A stretch of 64,000 nucleotides of DNA from NCBI GenBank assembly GCA_964455975.1, contig CAYVYP010000001.1:592-64591 (forward strand), read 5' to 3'. The notes under the pieces were generated by a model. It saw only the letters and a program-made list of their open reading frames with translations, made no database searches and was not told the DNA's origin. Positions 21,201-30,613 of this stretch are shown here, piece by piece; positions within the stretch are counted from its first letter, which is position 1, and each line of letters opens with the position of its first letter. The stretch comes from an uncultured Lachnospiraceae bacterium (GTDB lineage: Bacteria; Bacillota; Clostridia; TANB77; CAG-508). The position numbers and the translations under genes are program-made.

Positions 21201-23581
21201 TCTGTAATAGAATACTCTAAATCTGTCTTAGAATTATTATTACTATATGCTTCTCCTGTATTTTTATCTGTTATTTTATCATTTGTTATTGTTGCAAATT
21301 TATTATTAAAAGAAATTCTCCACTCTGCTTTTTCCATTGCTTTTGAATTATTATAATATTTAGTAGTGTTTCTTTCAGAACTATTATTCATATATTCGGA
21401 AATATTATTTTTTGATGAACCTTCAACAGCAAATTGTTTATTTTCGGCTAAAGATTGGTATACAATACCATTATATTTAAATTCTATATAATATTTTTGT
21501 GCAATAGGAATATCTGTTAAACTCCAATTTCCATTATTATCAGTTTCTGTTGTTTTTACAACAGTTCCATCTAACTTATGTAATATAACTTCAACATATT
21601 TTACCGGCTTATCAGTTCCTGTGTTTATTCCATTTGCTTCACTTTCTTTTCCTTCTGCTAAATTATCTTCCCAAACTTTACCACCCATATTCATGGTAAG
21701 TGGAATTGGATTTTTAAAGGTAATACCTATTTCGTGATATATTTCTCTAATCCATGCTGAATTTAATGAAAATAATCCTTGTGAATTAGCACCAGAAAAT
21801 ATTCCTGCTTTTGCTACAACTGTAGAACCTCTTCCTTGTATATGTGATCCAGCAGGTATATTGTACGGATCTCTATTATATTGACTTCCATTTTTAGCAT
21901 ATGCTAAAAGTCCACATCCCATACCATGTGCTGGGCAATGTCCTTCATCTCCAATTACTTCATGTCTATTAAGAGCTCCTTCTTCTCTTCCGCATGTATC
22001 ACAACGTCCATCTCCAACTATGGTTCCTTTAATATCTACATACACATGTCCTTTTGATGCTGTAGTATGAACTCTTCCACCACATGTATCACAAAATCCA
22101 TTTCCAGTTTCTCCACCACTATTATCTACAAATTGATGTTGCTCATCTTCTCCAGTGCTATCATGTACTCTATAATTATGATACCAAGTATCTCCATCTA
22201 AATATAATGTAGAATTGTTCTTATTACAAACCGGTGATTCAGAGCAATACGAATATGGTCCAAAATACAATAATCCATTTGCTGATCTTTTTACAATTAA
22301 TTTTATATCATTGTATTGTCCTGCAAGTTCATTCATAGAACCCCCATATTCTTGCAAACTATAATATGTAAAAGAAAGATTTGTTAATGTTGTAAAACTT
22401 TCATTTCCTGAATATGGTATTTTTATATAAAATTCTTCTCCAGAACTTGGATATAAATTATTTTGTACAGGATTATTACATATAAATGAATACCCTTTTA
22501 CTTCTCCTGCATCTCCACTTAATTTTGAACCTACAATTGCTCCAAATAATACTCTACTTCCATTTGCACCAGCTTGTCTTAATGTTGAATCTTGATTTTG
22601 CCTTTGTGCCATAGTACTGTTTGCTTTAACATTATATATGTCTTGATTATATGTTATTCTAAATGGTCCCACTAAATATGAATTATCTACATCTGAATAT
22701 GATACAGAAACCTCATTTGATGCTGCATATCCATTTTGTGGTGGATAATTACTATTATCTGTAATTGTATTTCCATTATTATTAATATTTTTTATATGAT
22801 TATTAAATGCTTTAGCTTCTTCAAACAAATTACTTCCTTCTGCTGCACTAGTTGCAGAATTAGATCCACTTGCTGAAAATCCACCTTCATATGCATTTTG
22901 ATACATCCAATATGCATATTGTACTTTATCTGCCCAATTATGTGAATAAGAAACTACTCCTGTTTTAGTAGAATTATGTGAAAGTATATATGCTTGCATT
23001 GAATTTAATAATGTTACACCTGTTGTTTTATAAAACGAAATTGTTTTAATTCTATCAAGATATGATTCTCCAGTTGTTGGATCTATAAATTCTTCATTAT
23101 ATAGCTTACTGTTATCTATCGCATTATTTAAATTTTCAAGTGTGCTTAAAGCAGGGCTCCATTGTATTGGCATTCTTTCTGGTGAAACATATAATTCCTT
23201 TATTTCTTCACCATCCTGTATAACTCTATTATTAAATGTTACTTTATTTATACCTAATATATCTGCTACTTTACCACTTATAAATACCGTCATATCACTA
23301 ATTCCAGTTGGACTTGCATAAATATCTTCATCATATGAATGTGATGGTGCCCCTGTATTTTCAAATCCAATAAAAGTTCCATGTTGTCTACAAAATAATC
23401 CATTTGTTTTTTGTAAATCATCATATGATATTAATCCACCAGTAATTCCTGATGTAGTTCCACTCCAATATGTTTTTCCATCAGTTTGACTTGCAAATAC
23501 TTGTCCAATATTAATTATACTTATCATTAATAATGTTACAAAAATTATTATCAGATATTTTATTATTTTACTCTTTTTCAA
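18290..23581 (-). CDS. Giant wall-anchored adhesin with a putative N-terminal thioester (TQXA-type) domain, a Cys/His-rich insert, multiple CnaB/SdrD-B-like (prealbumin-fold) domains and a C-terminal MPPTGE sorting signal.
   Basis: TTG start 4 nt after the stop of the upstream gene. Signal peptide; FCRQHGT (candidate thioester Cys) and …SMQAYILSH (TQxA-like Gln). CnaB-like segments (VKYVEVILHKLDGTVVKTTETDNNGNWSLTDIPIAQKYYIEFKYNGIVYQ; VELVQIDGKEYEYIWREMLTGDNTYKYVDNNG). C-terminus SIMPPTGETPIYYVIGFIGAIILIVGIVIIKK. Confidence 0.7.
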   Translation of the reverse strand: MKKSKIIKYLIIIFVTLLMISIINIGQVFASQTDGKTYWSGTTSGITGGLISYDDLQKTNGLFCRQHGTFIGFENTGAPSHSYDEDIYASPTGISDMTVFISGKVADILGINKVTFNNRVIQDGEEIKELYVSPERMPIQWSPALSTLENLNNAIDNSKLYNEEFIDPTTGESYLDRIKTISFYKTTGVTLLNSMQAYILSHNSTKTGVVSYSHNWADKVQYAYWMYQNAYEGGFSASGSNSATSAAEGSNLFEEAKAFNNHIKNINNNGNTITDNSNYPPQNGYAASNEVSVSYSDVDNSYLVGPFRITYNQDIYNVKANSTMAQRQNQDSTLRQAGANGSRVLFGAIVGSKLSGDAGEVKGYSFICNNPVQNNLYPSSGEEFYIKIPYSGNESFTTLTNLSFTYYSLQEYGGSMNELAGQYNDIKLIVKRSANGLLYFGPYSYCSESPVCNKNNSTLYLDGDTWYHNYRVHDSTGEDEQHQFVDNSGGETGNGFCDTCGGRVHTTASKGHVYVDIKGTIVGDGRCDTCGREEGALNRHEVIGDEGHCPAHGMGCGLLAYAKNGSQYNRDPYNIPAGSHIQGRGSTVVAKAGIFSGANSQGLFSLNSAWIREIYHEIGITFKNPIPLTMNMGGKVWEDNLAEGKESEANGINTGTDKPVKYVEVILHKLDGTVVKTTETDNNGNWSLTDIPIAQKYYIEFKYNGIVYQSLAENKQFAVEGSSKNNISEYMNNSSERNTTKYYNNSKAMEKAEWRISFNNKFATITNDKITDKNTGEAYSNNNSKTDLEYSITENNETNQNYASLITTDKDGRTLDKYKISATTQAAGIDKLPIDSSIHISNIDRTVAGITYNKVYPYLEHINLGLVKRSVVDLDIREDVEKSVVTINKNETTYKYNRRTDMEGLEIDIQNSILSPADSSKITYNTALYKSDYNYRIDDYKNTNNLNNNEEVIDKIYSSKVTDEELKVFVTYKIRVTNKSVDEQNYVGVNEIVNYYDETYTLVDKAKQLEIYKNATTQETESKTVAKASTYRLNTESSNTEHAIVWNTSNTKVNGYNVMTTTSLKDVRMKPGEYAIISVTFEVNKQDYENLKNSVIRGNKEQYTEVKSYSTYYDNNKDSNGNYTNNNYLGKIDCNSAPYNYTPGDKNYETDTSAAPIITIKLREDSEEDRKINGIVWEDSRTNTLESGQIVGDGELKDTEKTRINGVTIQLVELVQIDGKEYEYIWREMLTGDNTYKYVDNNGNLNDTAEEEIKNDTNSPFRSFLNISADKGKYEFSQFVAGNFVVRFKYGDTDKTVLTIENGGSNEKSYNGQDYKSTAYQTGKDSLKEEWFDLAKFNNNEKISDAKDNEAQRLRQIKYSSTISNYNGSVLASPDRNPGKTEDDKKLIAELEKETWMYADTAKISIRIEYNTNELKETDSRAYSVNNIDLGLEERPKTNIVLNKEITRLRLILANGKTQVDSNAGLMPDVNNGNLKKEHIRDTLNRTTLIYLDKELMQGSTIIIDYKITITNNSEINTVAGDKREFLNNINNPNNEKYEEIPEIQGKDSIGTYLGSTYYTGKHDASTELSILRINKVLDYVDNNITFRKEDNTGWNLYSLNKNSLEDGSKTYQDLQKNTNTFDKDNLINGSIKLNNNSMIVNESLNTDNMDPYSTKELKLTLSKVLSPGNDSEEMIYGNIAEILQYSTTTGRRDYSSVPGNQNPNLSDPDVKPEEPDTDWAKNISIMPPTGETPIYYVIGFIGAIILIVGIVIIKKFVLDSKK

Positions 23582-23585
23582 GCTA

Positions 23586-26500
23586 TTACACCTCCTTACT
23601 TAAAATTTTCTTTTTTATTACATATATTCCGCTTCCAATAATAATTATTAAGACAATTGCTATTGTTGTATATATTATTATTGCTCCTGTTTTTATTGAT
23701 ATTAAAACATCTGCACTGCTTATATCATCTTCTCCTTGAACTTTGTTTCCTGCAATAGAATCATTATCTTTTAAACCTTGTTCATTATAACTTTCAGCAA
23801 TTTCTGCTATATTATTTGTTATTCCTAAATTTTCATCTGTCATTTTTTTAGTTAAAATCAATTTAACTTCTCTACCCTCTCCTGGCTTTAATTCATCATT
23901 TGCAAGTTCTGTATTATATAAGTTTCCAGATTTATCTTGGTACCAATTTGTATTTAATTCTGAACTAAATTTTAAATCGTTTGGCATATAATCCACTATT
24001 TTTTTAGCATATCCTGCTATTTGCCCTTCATTTTGAACTACTATTGTATATTCAATTATTACTGTAGACTTTGCTACTTGCTTTCCTGTTATATCTGCTT
24101 TTGCAAGTTTAACATTTTCATAATTATATACTTTAGTTCCTTCTCCATTTTGAACTGTAATTTTACTTACATATTTATCTAGTTTTAAATCAAATTTAGG
24201 GCTTTCATATAAACCTATATCTATATTAGATTTACTTGTTCTTACTATTTTAATTATATCTGTTACTGCTGCTTGTCTTAAATTTCCATCTTCATTAATT
24301 GTTGTTGAAATAGCATCTGAATTATTATTTTCTGTAGCTTCATTTGACTGATATTTTGTTACATTGTATTTATTGGCATCATAATCAAATAATACTAAAT
24401 AACTTCCTTGTTCTAATTCTGTAAAACTATATGTTCCATTATTTTCTGTTTTTGTTGTTTTTATTATATTGTTATTTTGTGTTGAAAGTAATTTAACTGT
24501 AATTCCTTCTAATACATTTTCTGTATCTTCTCTTATTCCATTTTTATTTTCATCTAACCACGCTGTACCTTCTATTTTATATTTTACAGTTTGTCCTCCA
24601 TTATTTTCGCTTTCTCCATTATTTTCTGGATTTGGTTGAATAATATGAGTTATTTTATCTGTTGTAAATTCTACGTCTGTTCCATATATAGTCATATGAT
24701 TTGTTACTGCTAATTCATCAATATCATTTGCCAATTCTTGTGCTTTAGCAGTAAGTATTAAAGTAAATGTTTCTCCAACATTTAATACTAAATCTGTATT
24801 ATATTCACTTAAATTTGATTGAATAGATTCTGAATAATTTTCATCTGTTCCATATTTTACTTTTACCGTTTTTAATCCATCTGGAAGGATATCTTTTATT
24901 TTTACATTAGAATCCATCCAACTTCCTATGTTTTTTAATATTAATTTATATTCTATTTCTTGTCCTTCTACAACATATTTAGTTGTTGGGTTTGCCTCTA
25001 TACTTGCAACTATATGTGGTGCACCAACTTTTATTCCATATGATAATGCTTCAACTTTTTCATTATTATTTACACTAGCATTTGCTGTTATTGGTATTAT
25101 CTTCTCATATATTCCATTTTGTAATTTATCTATTTTTACAGTTACTTCTAGAATAATTTCCTCATCCTTTTTTAAAGTATTTATTAAACTATTTAAAGTT
25201 TTTTCATTTTCTTTATATGTTGCATTTGTTGTATCATTTTCTCTTGTAGGATAAAAACTAATTTTTGAAGATTGATAAATTAATCCTTCTGGTACAATAT
25301 TATTTATAACTACATTTTCTAAATCTTTTCCTTCAATATTTTTAACATATATTTTATATGTATATTCTGAATCTACTTTCAATTTACAATTTTCCCATGA
25401 ACTAATATCAATTTTTATTTGTGCTGGTATTACAATATTATCAACTTTATTTGAATTAACTTCTTTACTTAAATCTTTTGCTAATACTGTTGCAGTATTT
25501 GAAAGTATAAGTTCTGTTAGTTTTGTTTTTGTTCCATCTGCTTTATAATAGTAATAGTCGTCTCCTTCTTTAAACATTCCTTTAACTAGATATCTTCCAA
25601 CTTTTACTTCAAATTCAACAGTTTTAGTTTCTCCTTTTTTTAATGTACCAATAGCCCATTCTAAATTTGGCTTAGAAAAATTCGTTTTATATCCAATTGG
25701 TCCATTTTCTATATTTTCATTATAATATACATATGTACATCCTGTTGGTATTGTATTTTTTACTACTACATTTTCTACTGTATCTTTTCCTGAATTTGTT
25801 ACTTTAATTGTATATTTTATAATTTCATTTTCTTTTACAGTATTTCCATTTCCTGCTGATGAAGATAATTCTAACCCAAGTATTGGTCCTGCTCCTGTTG
25901 TTAATCCTAATTTATTTGGGTATGATGTTTTTGTTTCTGCTTCTAACACATAATTTGTTTGTGTTGTTTGATATAAATATTGTTCATGTTCTAAATTTGC
26001 TGGTATTATATAGTTATATTCAAAATTACTTTCATCTCCTATAGCAAAATCTTCTGTAAATATAATTAAATATGATTTAATTGCAGAATAATTACTAGGA
26101 TTAGCTGTCCAACCATTTGATGTTAAAGCTATATCTTTTGTTGCTTCTTTATTTTCTGAATAATATACAGTGTAATTTTTTGTACTGGTTACATTAATTG
26201 CTCCTGTTAAAATTGTATCCATTGTTGTTCCTAAATTTTTACCAGTTTCTAAATCTTTATTATTAGTAAAACCTATTCTTCCTAAAACTACTACATTATT
26301 TGCTACTTTTGTTTCATTATTCATTAATGTTACTTTGTATTTAGATGTTTTAGCTTCTGTATATATTTCTAACTTTCCTGTTCCGTCACCTGTAAGTGAG
26401 TTTATAGTCTTTCCAGTATTTTCAAAGTTTGAAAGTTCTACTCCCGTTATAAATCCTGTTGGTGCTGCATATGTTAACTCTTGTGTTGCAACTCCTATTA

Positions 26501-28691
26501 TTTCTATACTTCTTGCTTTTGCATTTTGTAGTTCCATTTTATTTTCATAACTTGTTGCATTTTCATTTGTATAATATAAATTTATATTATCTTGTTTTGC
26601 TGGTGTTGTTATTTTAACTTTTATATCTGTTACTAATACAATATTTGTACCATTTGTTATTTTTAATTCATTAAATATATTTTGTATTCCTTCTAATGAT
26701 AATTTTATATATATTTTTCCATTTTCAATATATTTATTTGCTCCTACTATTTTTAAACCTTCATTAAATAAAATATTTGCTGATTTTATATTAATATCTT
26801 CAATAGCTTCTGGTAATTCTATTGTAAATGTTGGGTTTATATAAAAATCTGAATATGATTTATCATTATTAAATTCAATTTTTAATTCTACATCTTGGTT
26901 TAATACCATTGTAGATAAATTTGTATTACTTAATTTTATAGTAGCATTTGTTTTTGTTTCTTCTAAATTAATACTTTTAGTTTTTGCTGTATTTTCTGCT
27001 ATTTTATATTCATCCACATTTGTTAATTTTATACTAGCTTTACTTCCAACTTCTAATATTTTAAATTTTTGTATCTCCGCTTTTGAATATATAACATCAG
27101 TTCTTATTTGCTTTGTATTATTTATTTCTAAAATACCTTCTTTTTGTGGTTTTGATGTTTCAATTATTATATTTGAAATATTTTTTCCTTCATAATTAAT
27201 TACAATATTTCCATTTTTATCTACTTCAAAATTTTTATCTATCGTAAATAATAGTTCATTATTTGTATTTAAAATTTTTATTGTTCCATCTTCTCCAAAT
27301 AAATTTAGAAAATCAACTTTATTTATTTGTGTTTTTTCAAAATATGTAATATTTTGATTATTTATAATAGTTTTATTTTTATTTTCATTTTCATCCACAA
27401 AATAATCTTCTAAACTTTCTACTTTTATACTATCTAATACATTTGCATATCCAATATTTAATTTATAATTCACATCATAAGTTGTCTCCCTTTTATTTGC
27501 TTCATCTTGTATTTGATAATTTGAATACATATTTCTTTTTGATATTGAATTGTTTGTTACTTCCACATCATATGATAAAATATCACTAATATTTTCTTTT
27601 AATTCTACTTGATTTATAACTTTGTTTTCTATTAATTTTGTGCTATCATTACTATATATATTTAGGCTAACTTTTGCATTTAAATCTATTTTATCTATTT
27701 CTTGCCCATAACTTTCTTTTCCATATACATATGTAATTTCATAAATATCGCTAGAATTTTCTTCCATTGCTATATTTATAATATTGTTACTATCTGCTTT
27801 ATTTTCTACATTTATTTCTAACTTTCCTGTTTCTTTGTTATATGTAAAATTCTCGTTTGTAAAATTTTCTGCTAATTTACTATTTGTTAAATTTGTTTCA
27901 ACTGCTACTACATTCACATAATTTGGTAATGTATTATTTATTTTTGGTACATCTATTTCAATTTTTGTTTTTGCTACTGGAATACTATTTTTATCTAATG
28001 ACACTGTTACTTTATTCTGTAATAATTTTTCGTTTTCTCCATTTGCTGTATATTTAACATATTTTGATATTTGGCTATTAATATTTATGTTTGCATCTAT
28101 ATTCCAATTTAATTTTAAATTTATTTGTTTTTCTATTTTTACTTCTTTTCCATTATTGTCTATATATGTTCCTTCTAAAATTATTTTATTTGTTTTACTT
28201 AAATTACTTAAATTAAATTCTTTATCTATATTTAATTCTATCTTACTTTCAACTGTAAAATCTGCATTGGCATTTATTTGTTTTAAAATAATTGTATTAT
28301 TGTCTTTATCTAAACTTTCTGTATTATCTACTCCTTGAAGAAATTCACTTGCAACAAAATTACTACTATTTTTAGCATTTTCATCTCTAAATAGTATTTT
28401 TGCATCTTTTAGATATCCTGCACTTTGTACAGAGATTCTTGTATATACTTTATTTTCTTCATTTTTATTTAAAGTTGCTTCATGAACATTTTTTTCATTA
28501 ACTTTAAAATATGCGTCAAATTCAATATTTGAGCTTTGTGTTTTACTATCTTGTCCATCTTGTGCATCTAATGCTAGTACTTCTCCTAGTCCTGCACCTA
28601 TTATTGCAATATTACTAGATAGTATTGCAATAGTTAAATATGTTGCAACAATCTTTGACAATATTTTAAGTCTTTTTGAAAGCATAGACAA
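23586..28691 (-). CDS. Giant surface protein with many Ig-like/Big domains, a CnaB-like domain and a terminal DUF11 domain, ending in an acidic sorting-signal-like C-terminus.
   Basis: Signal peptide MSMLSKRLKILSKIVATYLTIAILSSNIAIIGAGLGEVLALDAQ. CnaB-like segment (ITVKLLSTQNNNIIKTTKTENNGTYSFTELEQGSYLVLFDYDANKYNV). DUF11-like segment (KSTVIIEYTIVVQNEGQIAGYAKKIVDYMPNDLKF). C-terminus NKVQGEDDISSADVLISIKTG plus TM plus KKKILSKEV. Confidence 0.7.
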   Translation of the reverse strand: MSMLSKRLKILSKIVATYLTIAILSSNIAIIGAGLGEVLALDAQDGQDSKTQSSNIEFDAYFKVNEKNVHEATLNKNEENKVYTRISVQSAGYLKDAKILFRDENAKNSSNFVASEFLQGVDNTESLDKDNNTIILKQINANADFTVESKIELNIDKEFNLSNLSKTNKIILEGTYIDNNGKEVKIEKQINLKLNWNIDANININSQISKYVKYTANGENEKLLQNKVTVSLDKNSIPVAKTKIEIDVPKINNTLPNYVNVVAVETNLTNSKLAENFTNENFTYNKETGKLEINVENKADSNNIINIAMEENSSDIYEITYVYGKESYGQEIDKIDLNAKVSLNIYSNDSTKLIENKVINQVELKENISDILSYDVEVTNNSISKRNMYSNYQIQDEANKRETTYDVNYKLNIGYANVLDSIKVESLEDYFVDENENKNKTIINNQNITYFEKTQINKVDFLNLFGEDGTIKILNTNNELLFTIDKNFEVDKNGNIVINYEGKNISNIIIETSKPQKEGILEINNTKQIRTDVIYSKAEIQKFKILEVGSKASIKLTNVDEYKIAENTAKTKSINLEETKTNATIKLSNTNLSTMVLNQDVELKIEFNNDKSYSDFYINPTFTIELPEAIEDINIKSANILFNEGLKIVGANKYIENGKIYIKLSLEGIQNIFNELKITNGTNIVLVTDIKVKITTPAKQDNINLYYTNENATSYENKMELQNAKARSIEIIGVATQELTYAAPTGFITGVELSNFENTGKTINSLTGDGTGKLEIYTEAKTSKYKVTLMNNETKVANNVVVLGRIGFTNNKDLETGKNLGTTMDTILTGAINVTSTKNYTVYYSENKEATKDIALTSNGWTANPSNYSAIKSYLIIFTEDFAIGDESNFEYNYIIPANLEHEQYLYQTTQTNYVLEAETKTSYPNKLGLTTGAGPILGLELSSSAGNGNTVKENEIIKYTIKVTNSGKDTVENVVVKNTIPTGCTYVYYNENIENGPIGYKTNFSKPNLEWAIGTLKKGETKTVEFEVKVGRYLVKGMFKEGDDYYYYKADGTKTKLTELILSNTATVLAKDLSKEVNSNKVDNIVIPAQIKIDISSWENCKLKVDSEYTYKIYVKNIEGKDLENVVINNIVPEGLIYQSSKISFYPTRENDTTNATYKENEKTLNSLINTLKKDEEIILEVTVKIDKLQNGIYEKIIPITANASVNNNEKVEALSYGIKVGAPHIVASIEANPTTKYVVEGQEIEYKLILKNIGSWMDSNVKIKDILPDGLKTVKVKYGTDENYSESIQSNLSEYNTDLVLNVGETFTLILTAKAQELANDIDELAVTNHMTIYGTDVEFTTDKITHIIQPNPENNGESENNGGQTVKYKIEGTAWLDENKNGIREDTENVLEGITVKLLSTQNNNIIKTTKTENNGTYSFTELEQGSYLVLFDYDANKYNVTKYQSNEATENNNSDAISTTINEDGNLRQAAVTDIIKIVRTSKSNIDIGLYESPKFDLKLDKYVSKITVQNGEGTKVYNYENVKLAKADITGKQVAKSTVIIEYTIVVQNEGQIAGYAKKIVDYMPNDLKFSSELNTNWYQDKSGNLYNTELANDELKPGEGREVKLILTKKMTDENLGITNNIAEIAESYNEQGLKDNDSIAGNKVQGEDDISSADVLISIKTGAIIIYTTIAIVLIIIIGSGIYVIKKKILSKEV

Positions 28692-28921
28692 TATCCTCCC
28701 TATTTTTATATATAACTATAGTATAAACTGTTTATTTTTAAATTTAAATACATATAAATGTCTAAAAATTAAATATTACAAAAAAACTTCCATAATTGTT
28801 TACGGAAGCTCTTTTTAAGGATTTTTTTTTAATTTTATTAAGAATTTATTACATTTTCGTTACAAAACATTGTGTATTTAACTGTTTTACTTACGAAGAC
28901 TAAAGTTTTTAATAGTTACTT

Positions 28922-28953
28922 AAAAAAGGCACACACAATAAATTGTGAGTGCC
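28922..28953 (-). terminator. Rho-independent terminator of the lipoprotein gene.
   Basis: GGCACACACAA-taaa-TTGTGAGTGCC hairpin (one mismatch) followed by a U6 run in the minus sense. Confidence 0.7.
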
Positions 28954-28960
28954 AGTTTGA

Positions 28961-29422
28961 TTATTCTGCTGCTACCAAATGATATTCATGTTCATAGTAT
29001 TCTCTTGTTCCACTAAAAGTTACTATTACTTTAAGTGTTGCTTCAGCTTTTCCTTTCATTGATTCCAATATATTTTCATATGCCCCATCTTTTCCTATAG
29101 AAGAGCTATAAATTATCCAGTTTTCTCCCTTTTCTTTTACCCCCAGTCCATCTGTGACGGTAATAGTTTCTCCATCTGCATATGTGGATCCATCTGTAAG
29201 TTCCAAACGAAACTCTTTGTCACATTCAGGTCTTTCATCATCGGCTTCAGAGGAAGCTGCTATAGAAGATACAGCTTCGGAAGAATCCGGAACACTAGAA
29301 ACACTTTCTGTTTCAGCAGAACTTGCAGTACTTACTGCACTTGTTGTAGTTTGGCCACCACACCCAACCATAATGACTAGGCAAAGTACCAATGCTGTGA
29401 AAATTGCAATTGCTTTTTTCAT
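28961..29422 (-). CDS. Small lipoprotein with a Ser/Ala/Glu-rich linker.
   Basis: MKKAIAIFTALVLCLVIMVGC|GG lipobox. GGAGG RBS 8 nt upstream of the ATG at 29420-29422. The longer listed ORF starts further upstream, which is unlikely to be the real start. Confidence 0.65.
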   Translation of the reverse strand: MKKAIAIFTALVLCLVIMVGCGGQTTTSAVSTASSAETESVSSVPDSSEAVSSIAASSEADDERPECDKEFRLELTDGSTYADGETITVTDGLGVKEKGENWIIYSSSIGKDGAYENILESMKGKAEATLKVIVTFSGTREYYEHEYHLVAAE

Positions 29423-29573
29423 AATGTTTTCCTCCATATGTTTGTTGTTAATTGTTCTTCGTGTATATATAAACTCCATAAGGAGATAATAAGGTTGTTA
29501 CGCATATATTATACATTATATTTATGTAAAGTTCAATAGTTTTATAGTAATTTCTGCTATTTTTTACAAAATT

Positions 29574-30437
29574 TTACATTTTATTTATTACATTACTCAT
29601 TTTTTCAAAATCTTCTATTTTTAATTTTTCTGCTCTTATATTTTCATCCAATTTTAATTCTTGTAATATATCTTTTCCTGTTTGTTTATTTTGTATTATT
29701 CCTCCATTTACTAGGCTGTTTAATAATGTTTTTCTTCTTTGCATAAATGCTACTTTTATTATTTTAAAAAATAGTTCTTTATTATTTGGATTAACCTGCT
29801 TTTTACTTCTTATATTTAATTTTATTACTTCAGATTCTACTTCTGGTTCTGGTATAAATGAATTATTAGGAACAACCATAATTTCTTTTGGTTTAGAATA
29901 GTAATATACACTATATGTAATTGCTCCTGTTTCTTTACCTCCTGGAACAAAGCTAAGTCTTTTAGCTACTTCTTTTTGTATCATTATAGTAATACTTTCT
30001 AAATCTAATTCTTCTTCTAATAATTTCATGACAATTGGTGTTGTTATATAATATGGCAAGTTTGCTACTATTTTAACATTTTTTATATTGTTTATTTGTT
30101 TATTTTCTAATATTAGATTTTTTAAATCTATTTTTAATACGTCTTCATTTATTATCTCTATATTATCATACATAGAAAACCTATCATTTAATATTTGTAT
30201 CATTTTAGAATCTAATTCTATACATATTACTTTTTTAGCTTTTTCTAATAATGGTAATGTGAGTGTGCCTAAGCCTGGCCCAATTTCTATAACCATATCT
30301 TCTTTTGTTATACAGGCTGATTCTACAATTTTATTTACTACTTCTTCATCTATTAAAAAATTCTGTCCTAAACTTTTAGTTGCTGTTATTTTATATTTTT
30401 TCATTATATTTCTTGTTTCTTCATATAAATTTTTCAT
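29574..30437 (-). CDS. rsmA: 16S rRNA (adenine1518-N6/adenine1519-N6)-dimethyltransferase.
   Basis: SLGQNFLIDEEVVNKIV…IEIGPGLGTLTLPLL SAM-binding motifs; KsgA/RsmA family. Confidence 0.9.
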   Translation of the reverse strand: MKNLYEETRNIMKKYKITATKSLGQNFLIDEEVVNKIVESACITKEDMVIEIGPGLGTLTLPLLEKAKKVICIELDSKMIQILNDRFSMYDNIEIINEDVLKIDLKNLILENKQINNIKNVKIVANLPYYITTPIVMKLLEEELDLESITIMIQKEVAKRLSFVPGGKETGAITYSVYYYSKPKEIMVVPNNSFIPEPEVESEVIKLNIRSKKQVNPNNKELFFKIIKVAFMQRRKTLLNSLVNGGIIQNKQTGKDILQELKLDENIRAEKLKIEDFEKMSNVINKM

Positions 30438-30613
30438 ACTTTCATTTCCATCCTTTAATAATCTTCTTTTATATTACTATATTTGCATTTTTTTGTAAAT
30501 CTTTTTTTTATTTTTACTATTGTGTGTTTATTATTATCAATTTATATTGACTCTACTTCTAAAAATTGTTATTATTTATAAATAATAATTTTGAAGGAGA
30601 TTTTTAAATTAAT

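Noticed and set aside
29154-29489. 111-aa + strand ORF overlapping the lipoprotein gene.
   Set aside because: It is an artefact of the locally GC-richer Ser/Ala linker on the other strand, with no start context.
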